DNA of 64,000 nucleotides from Porphyridium purpureum (lineage: Eukaryota): NCBI GenBank assembly GCA_008690995.1, contig VRMN01000008.1:620001-684000 (forward strand). The letters are read 5' to 3'. The notes below the pieces were generated by a model. The model was not told the DNA's origin. It saw only the letters and a list, made by a program, of their open reading frames with translations, and ran no database searches. Every line of letters begins with the position of its first letter. Within the stretch, counting starts at the first letter, position 1. Below, one piece after another: positions 33,104-43,061 of the stretch. Made by a program: the position numbers and the translations under genes.

Positions 33104-34069
33104 TTAAAAGTTGAGCAGAATGCGCTCTTCGGGCACGCCTGCCTCAACGAGGATGGCGCGGGCTTCCTCGCACATACCCTTCTGGCCCACCATCAACACT
33201 CCCGTCTGCTTTGGTGCTGAAATGCCGTCTTCTTTCAGAGCGGCTTGGATGTACATTTTCTGGCGCGCGGGCGCAGAGAAGGACGCGTCATACCCTTCGC
33301 TGGACTCGGAGAACACTGGGATCACCGTCACATTGTCCTCCTTCCATAGCTTGAAACGATCCTGGCACGGCATCGCAGCAGGTGTGCGCGCGCCATAGTA
33401 AAGTTTGACCGAGCGGCGGGCACGCGGGTTGAGTCCATTCAGCATGCTCTCGATGGCTGCTCGCATGGGCGCGACGCCCGTTCCTGTCGCAAGCATAATA
33501 ATATCTTTGGGTGCGCTCTCCTCTGGGATGGCCGGGAACGCGAGCAGATCCAGCGCCGGCTTGATCGCAAAGCCCTTGCCGATGACAGGGCTCATCTGGA
33601 TCTTGTCGCCCTTGTGTGTGTTCTTCCAGAACCACTCGGTCGATTCGGCCTCTTTGACCAAAAACTCAAAGAAGCCTTGAATGTTTGGCGCGCATGCCAT
33701 GGCCATGAAAGACGGCTTGATCTCCGGGTCCTGGTTGGACTTAACCTGCACAAACATGCCCGGCACGCGGTACGTGTCACACAACGAGCCCTTTGCGGCG
33801 GTGACGCCGACGTTAACCACAATGTAGCGCACGCCGTCTGCGGCGCGCGAGTTCTCGACAACCTCGACGACATTCCACTCTGCCTCGGACTGCGTGGCCA
33901 TGCGCACATGCACGCGCGCGCGCTTCACTTCGCCGCGCATTGGCGCTGCGCACCACGTGGTCCGCGTGCCAGTCCATGGCGCCCACACGCCGCGTCGGCC
34001 ACACGTCGACGCGCGCGTCGTCACTTGCCGCAGCAAGATCCCGCTGCTCCCGCACACAAACGCCTCCAT
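33104..34069 (-). CDS. Plastid FNR-superfamily FAD/NAD-binding oxidoreductase (pKIWI502-like)
   Basis: YRVPGMFVQV, LATGTGVAPMRA, LYYGAR, VGQKGM, terminal ILLNF; transit-peptide-like N-terminus. Confidence 0.88.
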   Translation of the reverse strand: MEAFVCGSSGILLRQVTTRASTCGRRGVWAPWTGTRTTWCAAPMRGEVKRARVHVRMATQSEAEWNVVEVVENSRAADGVRYIVVNVGVTAAKGSLCDTYRVPGMFVQVKSNQDPEIKPSFMAMACAPNIQGFFEFLVKEAESTEWFWKNTHKGDKIQMSPVIGKGFAIKPALDLLAFPAIPEESAPKDIIMLATGTGVAPMRAAIESMLNGLNPRARRSVKLYYGARTPAAMPCQDRFKLWKEDNVTVIPVFSESSEGYDASFSAPARQKMYIQAALKEDGISAPKQTGVLMVGQKGMCEEARAILVEAGVPEERILLNF

Positions 34070-34959
34070 CTCCACCAGCCCAGACACAAACACACCGACC
34101 AACTCCTTCCTCCGTTCTCCCTTTCTTCGCGAGCGTTCCCCCGATCCAACTAAATCTCGCCCTTTCCACTTTTCTCAAGCAAGGTTCCTCGTGGAAGGTG
34201 AAGGACGACCGAGCGGGATGTCGTACACACTGAACGAGTTCAAGGCCACGCATGCGCGTGGCGACCCTTGCCGAATGGTAATGGATGACCTGTCTCATTG
34301 CGGAACCTCACACGCAGCCAACTTGTGGTGGGTGACCATTCCCGGGGGACAAGCACGGCAACATTACACACGACCGCATGGGACCGTTCATTCCGCTCGT
34401 CGAGACAGCGGCAGAGAGATGCACCATGTTTCTCAGCATGGTCTGAACATGTGTGCGGAACCAGATTGACGCAGTCACATTTTCTCTTTTCCTTTCTTTA
34501 CGCGTGAGCGCCAACAGAGCTCAGACACCGTCGACATTGTCATGTGTGATTTGTGCACGCGCGTCCTGTATCTTCGCAAGACGCACGGCCTGACAGTCGA
34601 ATTCTGCTTCGTGCTGCTCGAGCGACGCCGCCGGAGTCGAGGCAGACAAACGTGACTTTGGCACCGTCAAGCCGCAGAGCAGCTGTCCAGATCCACGCAC
34701 AGCAGCCTGCTTCTCCTGCCGGCCAGTGTGACAGCCTTCACTTCATGCTTTAATGATGCCGACATGCGCCTTAATGATTAAAAAACTGTTCTGTGATGAA
34801 AAGTTGCGTTAAATGACGCCAAAAGTGCATTGAAGGATGAAAATAGGGGTTCAATGATGACATACTTGGCGAGCTGGGTTTTTGAGACGAGCGGGAAACG
34901 TGCGGGGATGCGAGGGAACGTGGCTGCTGCAGGAGAAGAAAAGGAGGGAAGGGGGAAGG

Positions 34960-35796
34960 ATGTTGCCGAGGTGCTTGTCGTCATGGGGAACGCTGCGGCG
35001 TGCGCTGAGCACGGACGCGTCGGCGGCGGCGGCGGGTAGCGTGGGGCAAGGGCGGACCAAGAAGGAGCGCATGAGAAAGGCGCTGGAGGAGGCGGCGATG
35101 CGTCGCCGCGGCGAGAATATGACGACGTATCAGTTGGATATTGATACGCCGCGAGGCCCGCAGCTAGGAGGAAAGGCCTCGCGCGTGCTGTCGTCGCCGA
35201 CGGGTGGTGAGGGAAAGGCGCTGACCTCGGAGTCCGCCTCGCTCGCCGTCTCCCGGGAACGAGTCCGCTCGTTGTACCGCAGCTGCCTGCGCGAAGTTCC
35301 AGAGATCCAGCGAAACTTTTTCCTCGTCGAGGGTCAGGAAATTCTCAGAAAGACGCTCAAGTGGCTCTTCATGCAGAACAGTAACGTCAAGAACCCGCAG
35401 ATCGTCGACGTGCTCGTGTTTAAGGGCGCACAGGAGCTCGAGGAATACCAGCGACAGTGGAAGGGCCGTCATCATTTGTATCAGCACGTGGCGGCTTTCC
35501 AAGAGAACGAGCAGCGCTTGAAAAACGCCGAGCTTGTTCGCGAACTCGTGGAGGCTGACTCGCGCTCCGCTGATTCGCAAATGTCTGATTCGACCGTCAA
35601 GCAGATGCAGCTGGAGACTTGGAAGGAGCACAAACTGATCTCAAATTCTATTGACACTTGGGCGCAATATGTCATGTGGCGCAAGGAAGAAGACGAACGA
35701 TTTGCCCACTTTGCCGAGGAGCACGGCTTGTTTACTCGCGAAGAACTCGAGCAGAACCGCAAGGCGGCGTTTGCAAGAAGCTTAATCCCTACGTGA
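34960..35796 (+). CDS. NDUFA6: Complex I LYR subunit NDUFA6/B14 with N- and C-terminal extensions
   Basis: RVRSLYRSCLREVP...F..NSNVKNPQIVDVLVFKGAQELEE...WKGRHH; Arg-rich mitochondrial presequence-like start. Confidence 0.85.
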   Translation: MLPRCLSSWGTLRRALSTDASAAAAGSVGQGRTKKERMRKALEEAAMRRRGENMTTYQLDIDTPRGPQLGGKASRVLSSPTGGEGKALTSESASLAVSRERVRSLYRSCLREVPEIQRNFFLVEGQEILRKTLKWLFMQNSNVKNPQIVDVLVFKGAQELEEYQRQWKGRHHLYQHVAAFQENEQRLKNAELVRELVEADSRSADSQMSDSTVKQMQLETWKEHKLISNSIDTWAQYVMWRKEEDERFAHFAEEHGLFTREELEQNRKAAFARSLIPT

Positions 35797-35835
35797 GCAA
35801 GACACACCGTCCAATTATTATTCTTTCTTCATTAT

Positions 35836-36547
35836 TTAGTGCTCTGCACCTATATTTTCTTGCTGCGCGTGCGCCTGCGCAGCTGTCGCAGACGAGGCGC
35901 TCGTACCTGTTTCCCGAAACTCCCGCATCGCGTGCACGCTCACAAGAAAGTAGTCATAAAATGAGTTCACGGCTGTCCTCAGTGACTTGAGATCAGAAGA
36001 TTCCAGACGTCTGAAACACGTTTCCGCAAAAAGTAGGGACAAAACAAGATGAAAGTCAGGCAAAGTCAGTCTCAGATTCTTCATTTCCAGGCGTCCGCAT
36101 TCACCCGTAATCGAGGCACAACGAAAGCGTAAGCTATTCCACATTGAGGGTCTGCGAGTAAACAAAAGTCACGTACATAATGACAACGCTGTCACGGCGC
36201 TCCACCACGCGTTCAATCACTTCAGGGCGCAATTCTTCGTCCACATTCATCACGCGAACGATGATCTCTGCCAGGCGGGCATCCGGGAAGGGCACTTCCA
36301 TGAGACTGTCATCATTTCAATCGCACGGCGCAGAGAGAGGAGAGAACATACATCAACGAATGCGTCGGACTATCATGGTTAGAATGAGCCCGTAAACCAC
36401 CATGTCTTGGATCTTCGAACACCGCAAATCCTGTTCGGCGAGAAACAAGCTGAAGAAACCAGGGAGAGAGAAAGCGCGAGCGCGTGTGAGAAAGTGAACT
36501 TACTATCGGTGTTTGGGAGCGCCAGCGTGCGCGCCTGCAGTGGCCAT
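35836..36547 (-). CDS. PCC1: KEOPS/EKC complex subunit Pcc1 (LAGE3-like), 3 exons: 36547-36504, 36305-36177, 36010-35836
   Basis: Splicing at GTAAGT..ACAG and GTACGT..TCAG gives 348 nt/115 aa: MATAGAHAGAPKHRYLMEVPFPDARLAEIIVRVMNVDEELRPEVIERVVERRDSVVIIRLESSDLKSLRTAVNSFYDYFLVSVHAMREF..., matching the Pcc1 pattern. Confidence 0.85.
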
Positions 36548-36662
36548 CACGCAAAAGAGCTCGACGTCTTCGCGAAAACACAGGGCGCCGTTCGATCTTG
36601 GCGCACGTCACTATGTAACTAAGGTTTGTGCTAAAAACATGTCGTTTTATTATAAAGTTCGA

Positions 36663-38345
36663 CTAATACACACCGGGAACACGCATCTGTTCCCGAATCT
36701 TGGCCTTCTCTGCGTTGACAGCAGCCAATTGCGCTTTCACGCGTTTGAGCTCGTCCTCTACGTCCTTGATATTTGGCTCGCGCTCGAGTTGCCCTTCAAG
36801 CTCGTCTCTCTGTAAACGCAATTCAGCTATCGACTTGGCACGGTCGATCGACGTCCGCGCGCTCGCTTTCACCAAGTCCGCCTTGGCCTCCAAGTCGTCG
36901 TACCTTTCGTGCAGCTCTTCATTTTTGGCCAGCTCCTGCTCAAGCATTTCACGTAACTTCTTCTCTCGCCGTTCGGTCGCCGAAGTACCTTGGTCCAACC
37001 TGAGCTGCTTCAGCGCCTCTCGTGCCCTGGCCAGTTTCCGTTCGGCCTCATACTTTTTGCGCTCGTTCTCTTCAATCGTGTCGACGAGCCTGTCACACTT
37101 GCCTCTGAGTGTTCGTAAATATTTCGAGTCCTTTTCGCTGACCATGGCTGCAGACTGCGAGGAATCCATCCGCTCGCGTCCGGCAGATCGTTGACTAGTC
37201 TTGCTCCCAGGGTTGGCTTTGGCCGAAGCGACAAGCTTGGTTGAAGGATCATCTTCGAACTCCCGAAAATCAGTCTGACTGTCGCCCGTCGAGCTGAGCT
37301 GGTTGTCCTTGCTTCTCGGGGACAAAATACTCCTTGACTTTTCTGTCTGTGGTATGCCAGCCTCCTTTCTCCTCTGGGCCTCTCGTTCCTGCGTCTTTGG
37401 TGACGGTATCACCCGCACCTGATTGGCATGCAAGTTGATGCTGATCATTTTACGCGTGCTTGGAGGTGGTTCATCACCAGTCAACGAACTGGACGCCGCG
37501 GGGCTAAACCCTTGCGAACCTTCAGAGTTTGAGCCAGCGTCTGAGTACGACGTGTTGCGCTCAGAAGCGGACACGTGAGCGGCCTTCGCCTTCACCACGG
37601 GCGCAGTCGGCAACGAGCCACCGTTGAGATCGTCAAAGTCGTCGTCCATGTCGTCGAAATCGTCCAAACCGTCCAGGAAATCGTCGCCAGCAATCGAAGA
37701 GTCCGCGCCACCCAGACCCCCGGACCCTCTTGTGTATGCAGTCCCAGATGACGCCACACTGCGCGCACCATTCTGGAGCGCCGCAAGCGGGCCCTTTCTG
37801 CCCGATGATAAGAATGTGCTGCGGATGGTACAAATCAATTTGGCGCCGTTGTTGAGCATGAGCGCTACTTTCTTTGAACCCGATGGTACGCGCGCATAGT
37901 CCGCTATATTGATGTGTATTTTGCCCACGCTCTTCCCTTTCGGATCGCCAATACGCACGGCAAACTTGCACAGCTTCTCTTCAAAGTTTCCCGGAGCGGC
38001 GCCGGCTGCGTCTACGCCGCCTGGGTTGGATTTCGACGGCAACCCGCTTGAACGGCTTGGAGACATAGCGTTTCCTTTTGCTTGGAACAGGGTCATGGGC
38101 ATATTAATCGTATGTTCAAATTCAATGGTACCGTTCTTGGTCACGCCCGACTTGCACGGCGTGCTCTCTAGCTTGTCGCGGCGCTCCATGACCACCAGCA
38201 GGCTCGCCTTGCTGCTCTTCATCTGCTCGAGGCGGTGCACCGTGACGCTAAAGTCAAACTTACTGGGCACCTGGGACATGTGCGATACGCCGCGTCCGGG
38301 CGCACCCAGCGAGCTCGCCAGCTTCGACGACTTGCTCTTGATCAT
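36663..38345 (-). CDS. NT-C2 (EEIG1/EHBP1-type) domain protein with C-terminal coiled coil
   Basis: KFDFSVTVHRL, MTLFQ, FEEKLCKF, VGKIHINIADYA; heptad-rich C-terminus. Confidence 0.85.
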   Translation of the reverse strand: MIKSKSSKLASSLGAPGRGVSHMSQVPSKFDFSVTVHRLEQMKSSKASLLVVMERRDKLESTPCKSGVTKNGTIEFEHTINMPMTLFQAKGNAMSPSRSSGLPSKSNPGGVDAAGAAPGNFEEKLCKFAVRIGDPKGKSVGKIHINIADYARVPSGSKKVALMLNNGAKLICTIRSTFLSSGRKGPLAALQNGARSVASSGTAYTRGSGGLGGADSSIAGDDFLDGLDDFDDMDDDFDDLNGGSLPTAPVVKAKAAHVSASERNTSYSDAGSNSEGSQGFSPAASSSLTGDEPPPSTRKMISINLHANQVRVIPSPKTQEREAQRRKEAGIPQTEKSRSILSPRSKDNQLSSTGDSQTDFREFEDDPSTKLVASAKANPGSKTSQRSAGRERMDSSQSAAMVSEKDSKYLRTLRGKCDRLVDTIEENERKKYEAERKLARAREALKQLRLDQGTSATERREKKLREMLEQELAKNEELHERYDDLEAKADLVKASARTSIDRAKSIAELRLQRDELEGQLEREPNIKDVEDELKRVKAQLAAVNAEKAKIREQMRVPGVY

Positions 38346-38663
38346 CGTAGCAGGGCTCCAATGAACTCAGCGGTCAACCACGCTGTCTCTCTTCCTGACC
38401 CGGTTCGTTCTGCGCGCTTCTCAGATCACACCAGCGGTACCTGAATCTTAATTTCCTCTCTGCGCGGCGTATCCGACCGCCCGCCAGCCGGTCAAACCGC
38501 GCGCTCGATGTCTTCCTTTTTACCAGCGCGTCTCCCTGTCTCTTGTCTCCCATTCTCCCAACCATGTCGGCACCAGCCGCGCAAGCCTGTCCCTTTGGAT
38601 TTTTTAACTTTTTTGTTTATCGCATTGTTTAACATATTTTTACGTTAAGCATCCGGCAATTTT

Positions 38664-39902
38664 TTAATCGTCGGCCTGAGCCTGAGGGTGCGGTTTGGAC
38701 TTGCGGCTTCGTTTGTGTCGCTGCGCTTCTGCTCGCTGCACCAGCAACTTGGCCGAGCAGAGCGACGAAACAGAACGCTCCGTGTAGATTCGCGAGATCA
38801 TCTCAATCTTTTCCCCTGCCTCGTAGAAACGCACAAACCCATCCTGCCCGGCCGTCACGAACAACGGCACGCCGTCGTGGCTACCTGCGTCGAGGTCGTC
38901 GTCGCCCTGCTGGCTTTGATGCGCCAGATGCAACTGGTTCACCGCTCCTCGAGCACCTTTGAGCGAGCCTGTGAAGCGCGGCTTTCGCATGTCGAACCGC
39001 ATCACATTTCCGACGATGTCGCTTGCTAGTCCGTACTGGTCAACCAGCAGCAACGCTGACACGCTGCGCTCGGAAGGCAGGCGCAGCTTCAGTACAGGAG
39101 AGCGAGGTTGACCACCTGTGCGAATGTCGTAGACAAGAACTTGTCCATTCCTGCTTCCAGCACCAAACACGTTGCCATCCGACCCGAGAGCAAACGCGAC
39201 CGTCGCGACGTCGAACTTGAGCCGCGGCAGCTGTTCAGGTGATGCCTTGGTTTCGAAAACCACACTGCTTGTATTGATGTCGTACACAAGCATCGCTTCG
39301 CGATCAGCGCCAACCAGAATACGCGATCGATCCCATGCCGCTGTCCTGATACCACCAGACTTGGTACTGAAGGTTTCCAAAGGTACATGTGCACGCGTTT
39401 CTCGCTCGGCTTTTCCTGCACAGAACGAAATCCTCTCGACCTTGCCGGATTGCCACAAAATAGTCGTCGCAGATGCTGTGTCTTGTTCGCTACCTATCCT
39501 TCCGCAACATCTCACAATGTCCGCGCTCACATCCTGCGAGTCTGCGTCTCGAAGAGCGACCACCTGTGCGCACTTGAGCAAATCAGTCGGTTGTTCGTTG
39601 GTCGGCTCGCGTTCCAGTTCGGCCCACGGAACGGACACCAAGGCACGATTCCCGACGACGGCGCGCACCGAGCCACCCGCTGGCCCGACTGGACACACGT
39701 GTATAAAAGAAACGCGGTCGGCATCTGGGTCGGAAGAATACTTGATTGTGTTCTCACCCTGGTCGCCGTCGGCCGGAGGCGCTTCGGCTAGGGGTAAAAG
39801 CGACACGCGCGACCTTACCGCAGCTGTATTCTGGTCGAGAAGCGAAACCCCGCCGCGCTGATCGCCCACGAGCCACATGTCCTCGTCGTGAATCGGCCTC
39901 AT
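38664..39902 (-). CDS. WD40-repeat protein, possibly Nsa1/WDR74-like ribosome biogenesis factor
   Basis: GQVLVYDIRTGGQPRSPV, ASDIVGNVMRFDMR, LKGARGAV, AGQDGFVRFYE; start uncertain. Confidence 0.7.
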   Translation of the reverse strand: MRPIHDEDMWLVGDQRGGVSLLDQNTAAVRSRVSLLPLAEAPPADGDQGENTIKYSSDPDADRVSFIHVCPVGPAGGSVRAVVGNRALVSVPWAELEREPTNEQPTDLLKCAQVVALRDADSQDVSADIVRCCGRIGSEQDTASATTILWQSGKVERISFCAGKAERETRAHVPLETFSTKSGGIRTAAWDRSRILVGADREAMLVYDINTSSVVFETKASPEQLPRLKFDVATVAFALGSDGNVFGAGSRNGQVLVYDIRTGGQPRSPVLKLRLPSERSVSALLLVDQYGLASDIVGNVMRFDMRKPRFTGSLKGARGAVNQLHLAHQSQQGDDDLDAGSHDGVPLFVTAGQDGFVRFYEAGEKIEMISRIYTERSVSSLCSAKLLVQRAEAQRHKRSRKSKPHPQAQADD

Positions 39903-40295
39903 GGCATCACGCGGGCTCCTTGACAGGATGTGAGCGCACTCGCAAGAGATAGAATCGAGGAAGTTCGTCGTCGTGGTCAATGGGAAGAATGTTTGTTTGA
40001 ATAACCGACGTCGGCAAAGACGCATGGGGTTTTCCAACTCGGTTCGACTCGTGTAGAAAGCATCAGCAGTAGCGGAAGATTGAAGGGCATCAGGGAGCCA
40101 CAGTGGAATCTTCGCTTTCCTTTCTTGCCTCTCTTCTGCTTATTTCTGTCTTTCATTTTAAGAACAATTTGTGTTGTAATGTTATCGAGCGCCCTTCGCT
40201 CCCAAGCGTTCGCTATGTCTCGCGCTGCGGACACCTCTGCTCGCTTGAGTGCATTCGGGACGCAGAATCTTCTTGCAATTTAAGATGGCACATTC

Positions 40296-42746
40296 TTAGT
40301 TTTTCTTCAATTGACCCGGAAACATGACTAACGCTGAGCCTTTCTTCCCTGGACTCGGGCCAGAGCTTGACTTTTGGCTGTCTTCTTCCAGTCTGATGCT
40401 ACGGGACATAAGCACGTCTCGAAGGAACTCTCCCGCGGGCATCGTCTTGACATCCAAAGGCTCAAAACTGTAATACAGGTTAAACGTATCGCCCTCGTCG
40501 ACGGAATATGCCTTGTCCCTCACTCTGCCGTTCACGATCGCTCGTGTCTTAACGGTGAATGCAGCAATCGTGCCTTCAGGAAAGGCAAACAGCTCATGTG
40601 CTGACATATCTTTTCGCAACTTGACCGGGTGATTCGGTATACTCTTCGGCTTCTTCCCAGGAAGCATTGACTTATCCGGAGCCATGGCCTCCCCTGTAGG
40701 CGACCGTGTATCCTGCTCCAAGCCGAAGAACGGACCATATTGCCAGAACCAGGCAAGGACATTTTCCGTGGAGAACAAGTCCGGCTCTCCCGCAACGTTG
40801 TGCGAGACATACACCGTCATGCAGTTCTCGTTGGAAGCCCCCTGTTTCCGTGTAGGCTTAAGCATGACACGAACCGAGTCGCCAAGCTGTGCTTCAGGAA
40901 CCAACGAAAGGGAATGATCGAGAATACGGTTGTAAAGCTGCATGCTGTACCGGAACGCTACTTCCCCCCACCAGTGCCCGCCAAAGACGTACTGCTCCAT
41001 TTCTGGCAAGCCCACATACTCAAAGCCCAAGCAGGTTTTGGTGTTGTGGTAAATGATAAACGCGCCGTCCATGCGGCCCAACCGGATCTGAAACGCATAC
41101 TTCATGAAGCCATTGCGAATCAGGTCAAAGAACTCGCGCTGGAATGAATTCATATCTCCCGTGGCTCTGTCGATCATATAGTGCGAGTGCATCTCATAAT
41201 CCTGCACATCCCATTGGATAGGAGCCACAGCGCGTGACTTGACGTCAAAAAACTTTCCATTCCGAGCGTCCACGCAATCGATTTGAGCGCGGAACAGAAA
41301 GTTTCCCATTTGCGTGTAATTGTACATTTGATCCTCCTGCTTTTCCTTGAATGAGTCGCTCTCGGCTCCACCAGATATGAAACGGTCCACAAACGTTTGT
41401 CCGGCGGTTGTCACCAGGCGTTCCATGCTGTGTCCCAGCGCCATGAGTACATGAGCAATGTCGAACTTGTCTGACGTTATACTATACACGGCTGCATCCT
41501 TCTCCCCACCGGGTAAGCGCTCTAGTCGAACCGTAGTCGCATGAAGCGTGAAGAAACCAAATTTGGGGAATTGTTGAGACTCAAAAGGCTCTCGGATTCC
41601 GGTTGTCGTTGGTCCTCGAAAATTTGACAGCACAGCATAACAACAGCTCAGCGCCTGCGTGGTTGAACTTGTGGAGGACACATACTTCACCTTTACCGGC
41701 TCTTGCTCCTTCGACAAAAGAGTGTTCCTGTCATGAGCCACAGCGTGCAAGCGCGTGTCTTTCCCGGGTGGAGTGAACGGCACCATAGCTTTCCAATTCG
41801 TTTCTGGCAGGGAAGGAATGCGACTCAAAATCCCGTGGAACTGCTCCCTCTCCTTTGGCGGCAGCACGAAAAACGGGGCGACGCCGTTCAAAGCAAGCAC
41901 GCGCTCCAACCCATGCGCGAGCACGGGCGCTTTGGGCTCCGGACCGGAGCCGACTTTTGCGGGCTTCACCTCGGCGACGTCCAGCGACTGAATGCACAGC
42001 CTTGCGAAGCCTTCTTGGGTCATTTGGTCCGACAAGTCACGATCGGGCAGCACTTTGAGAGCCTGTATTTTGATCTCCTGGAGTTTGGATGCCGAGAAGC
42101 GATGGCGTACTCTTGGTGCCGCTCTGTACGTGACCATGTGCACCTTTTTGACGTGAACAACTTGTGTGGCAAGCTTTGCAAACGATGCGGGCGGCACGTC
42201 GTTGGCGGAAAGAATGGTTCGCGCCGAATGAAGAGGCTTCCGTTCTTTCCTCCCACGCCGCGACGAAGATGAGCCCTCTTCTTTTCTTTTCTCCAATTCT
42301 TGCGCCAAGTTCTGCAAAATGTATGTGTTTTTCAAGGGCTTGTGCGTTGCGTTGGCGTGATTTGCCCTACTTGTTAAACCTGGCTCGGCCGGCGTATGCT
42401 TCGGCGCATCTGCTTTTGCCCGATCCGCCGTACGCGGCTTCAAGAGGCGGAGAAAGGAACCCGTCGAAGTGGCCGAGGAGTCCTCAGACTCCTTGACAGA
42501 GAGCTTGGCCACATTCTTGCTCAGAGAGTAGCGGAGCTTCTGGCCCTTCTTAGCGGGCTTTGCAGCCGCGCTCTTCTTGCCGGGCGCGGCGGCCGCGTGC
42601 ACATTTCTACGGTCCGCGGCCTTCTTCACGCGCTCCAGCGCGGTACCCGCGGCGTCTCGATGCGGGACGCTTGCATAGCCACGCAGCACGCCCTGCTTCC
42701 ATCTCGCGTGCACCACGCCGCGCACCGAGGACACCAATCCAACCAT
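40296..42746 (-). CDS. PET127: Mitochondrial 5'-3' RNA exonuclease Pet127
   Basis: LAHGLERVL, KYVSSTSS, LGHSMERL, FLFRAQIDC, FFDVKSRAV, REFFDLIRNGFMKYAFQIRLGRMDGAFIIYHNT, GFEYV. Confidence 0.92.
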   Translation of the reverse strand: MVGLVSSVRGVVHARWKQGVLRGYASVPHRDAAGTALERVKKAADRRNVHAAAAPGKKSAAAKPAKKGQKLRYSLSKNVAKLSVKESEDSSATSTGSFLRLLKPRTADRAKADAPKHTPAEPGLTSRANHANATHKPLKNTYILQNLAQELEKRKEEGSSSSRRGRKERKPLHSARTILSANDVPPASFAKLATQVVHVKKVHMVTYRAAPRVRHRFSASKLQEIKIQALKVLPDRDLSDQMTQEGFARLCIQSLDVAEVKPAKVGSGPEPKAPVLAHGLERVLALNGVAPFFVLPPKEREQFHGILSRIPSLPETNWKAMVPFTPPGKDTRLHAVAHDRNTLLSKEQEPVKVKYVSSTSSTTQALSCCYAVLSNFRGPTTTGIREPFESQQFPKFGFFTLHATTVRLERLPGGEKDAAVYSITSDKFDIAHVLMALGHSMERLVTTAGQTFVDRFISGGAESDSFKEKQEDQMYNYTQMGNFLFRAQIDCVDARNGKFFDVKSRAVAPIQWDVQDYEMHSHYMIDRATGDMNSFQREFFDLIRNGFMKYAFQIRLGRMDGAFIIYHNTKTCLGFEYVGLPEMEQYVFGGHWWGEVAFRYSMQLYNRILDHSLSLVPEAQLGDSVRVMLKPTRKQGASNENCMTVYVSHNVAGEPDLFSTENVLAWFWQYGPFFGLEQDTRSPTGEAMAPDKSMLPGKKPKSIPNHPVKLRKDMSAHELFAFPEGTIAAFTVKTRAIVNGRVRDKAYSVDEGDTFNLYYSFEPLDVKTMPAGEFLRDVLMSRSIRLEEDSQKSSSGPSPGKKGSALVMFPGQLKKN

Positions 42747-42850
42747 CGCCGTCGCCGTCGTCACCCACACAAACACCCACTCACCCCCTCCCCCCTGCAA
42801 ACTTCACGCACCGCCGCCAAAATAGAAAACGTCCCAAAAAAATCCTCACA

Positions 42851-42877
42851 AACCGCTTAACCGCTTAACCGCTAAGC
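42851..42877. repeat. Short 8-bp tandem repeat (AACCGCTT)x~3
   Basis: aaccgctt aaccgctt aaccgctaagc in the divergent PET127/PWWP intergenic region. Confidence 0.8.
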
Positions 42878-43061
42878 TGTTTAACCGGAAACTGGATTAA
42901 TGATGAAACGGGGTAGATTTCATAGACGCAAGTACAGTTGAGTGGAGAAGGAGGCTGAGAAAGTGCGCGGGGCGATGCAGAGCATGGACGAGAGAGAGAG
43001 AGAGAGAGGAGAGAGTGGATGAGAGGGAGAAGGGTGGTGTGGAGGTGGATAGTGGACGAGT

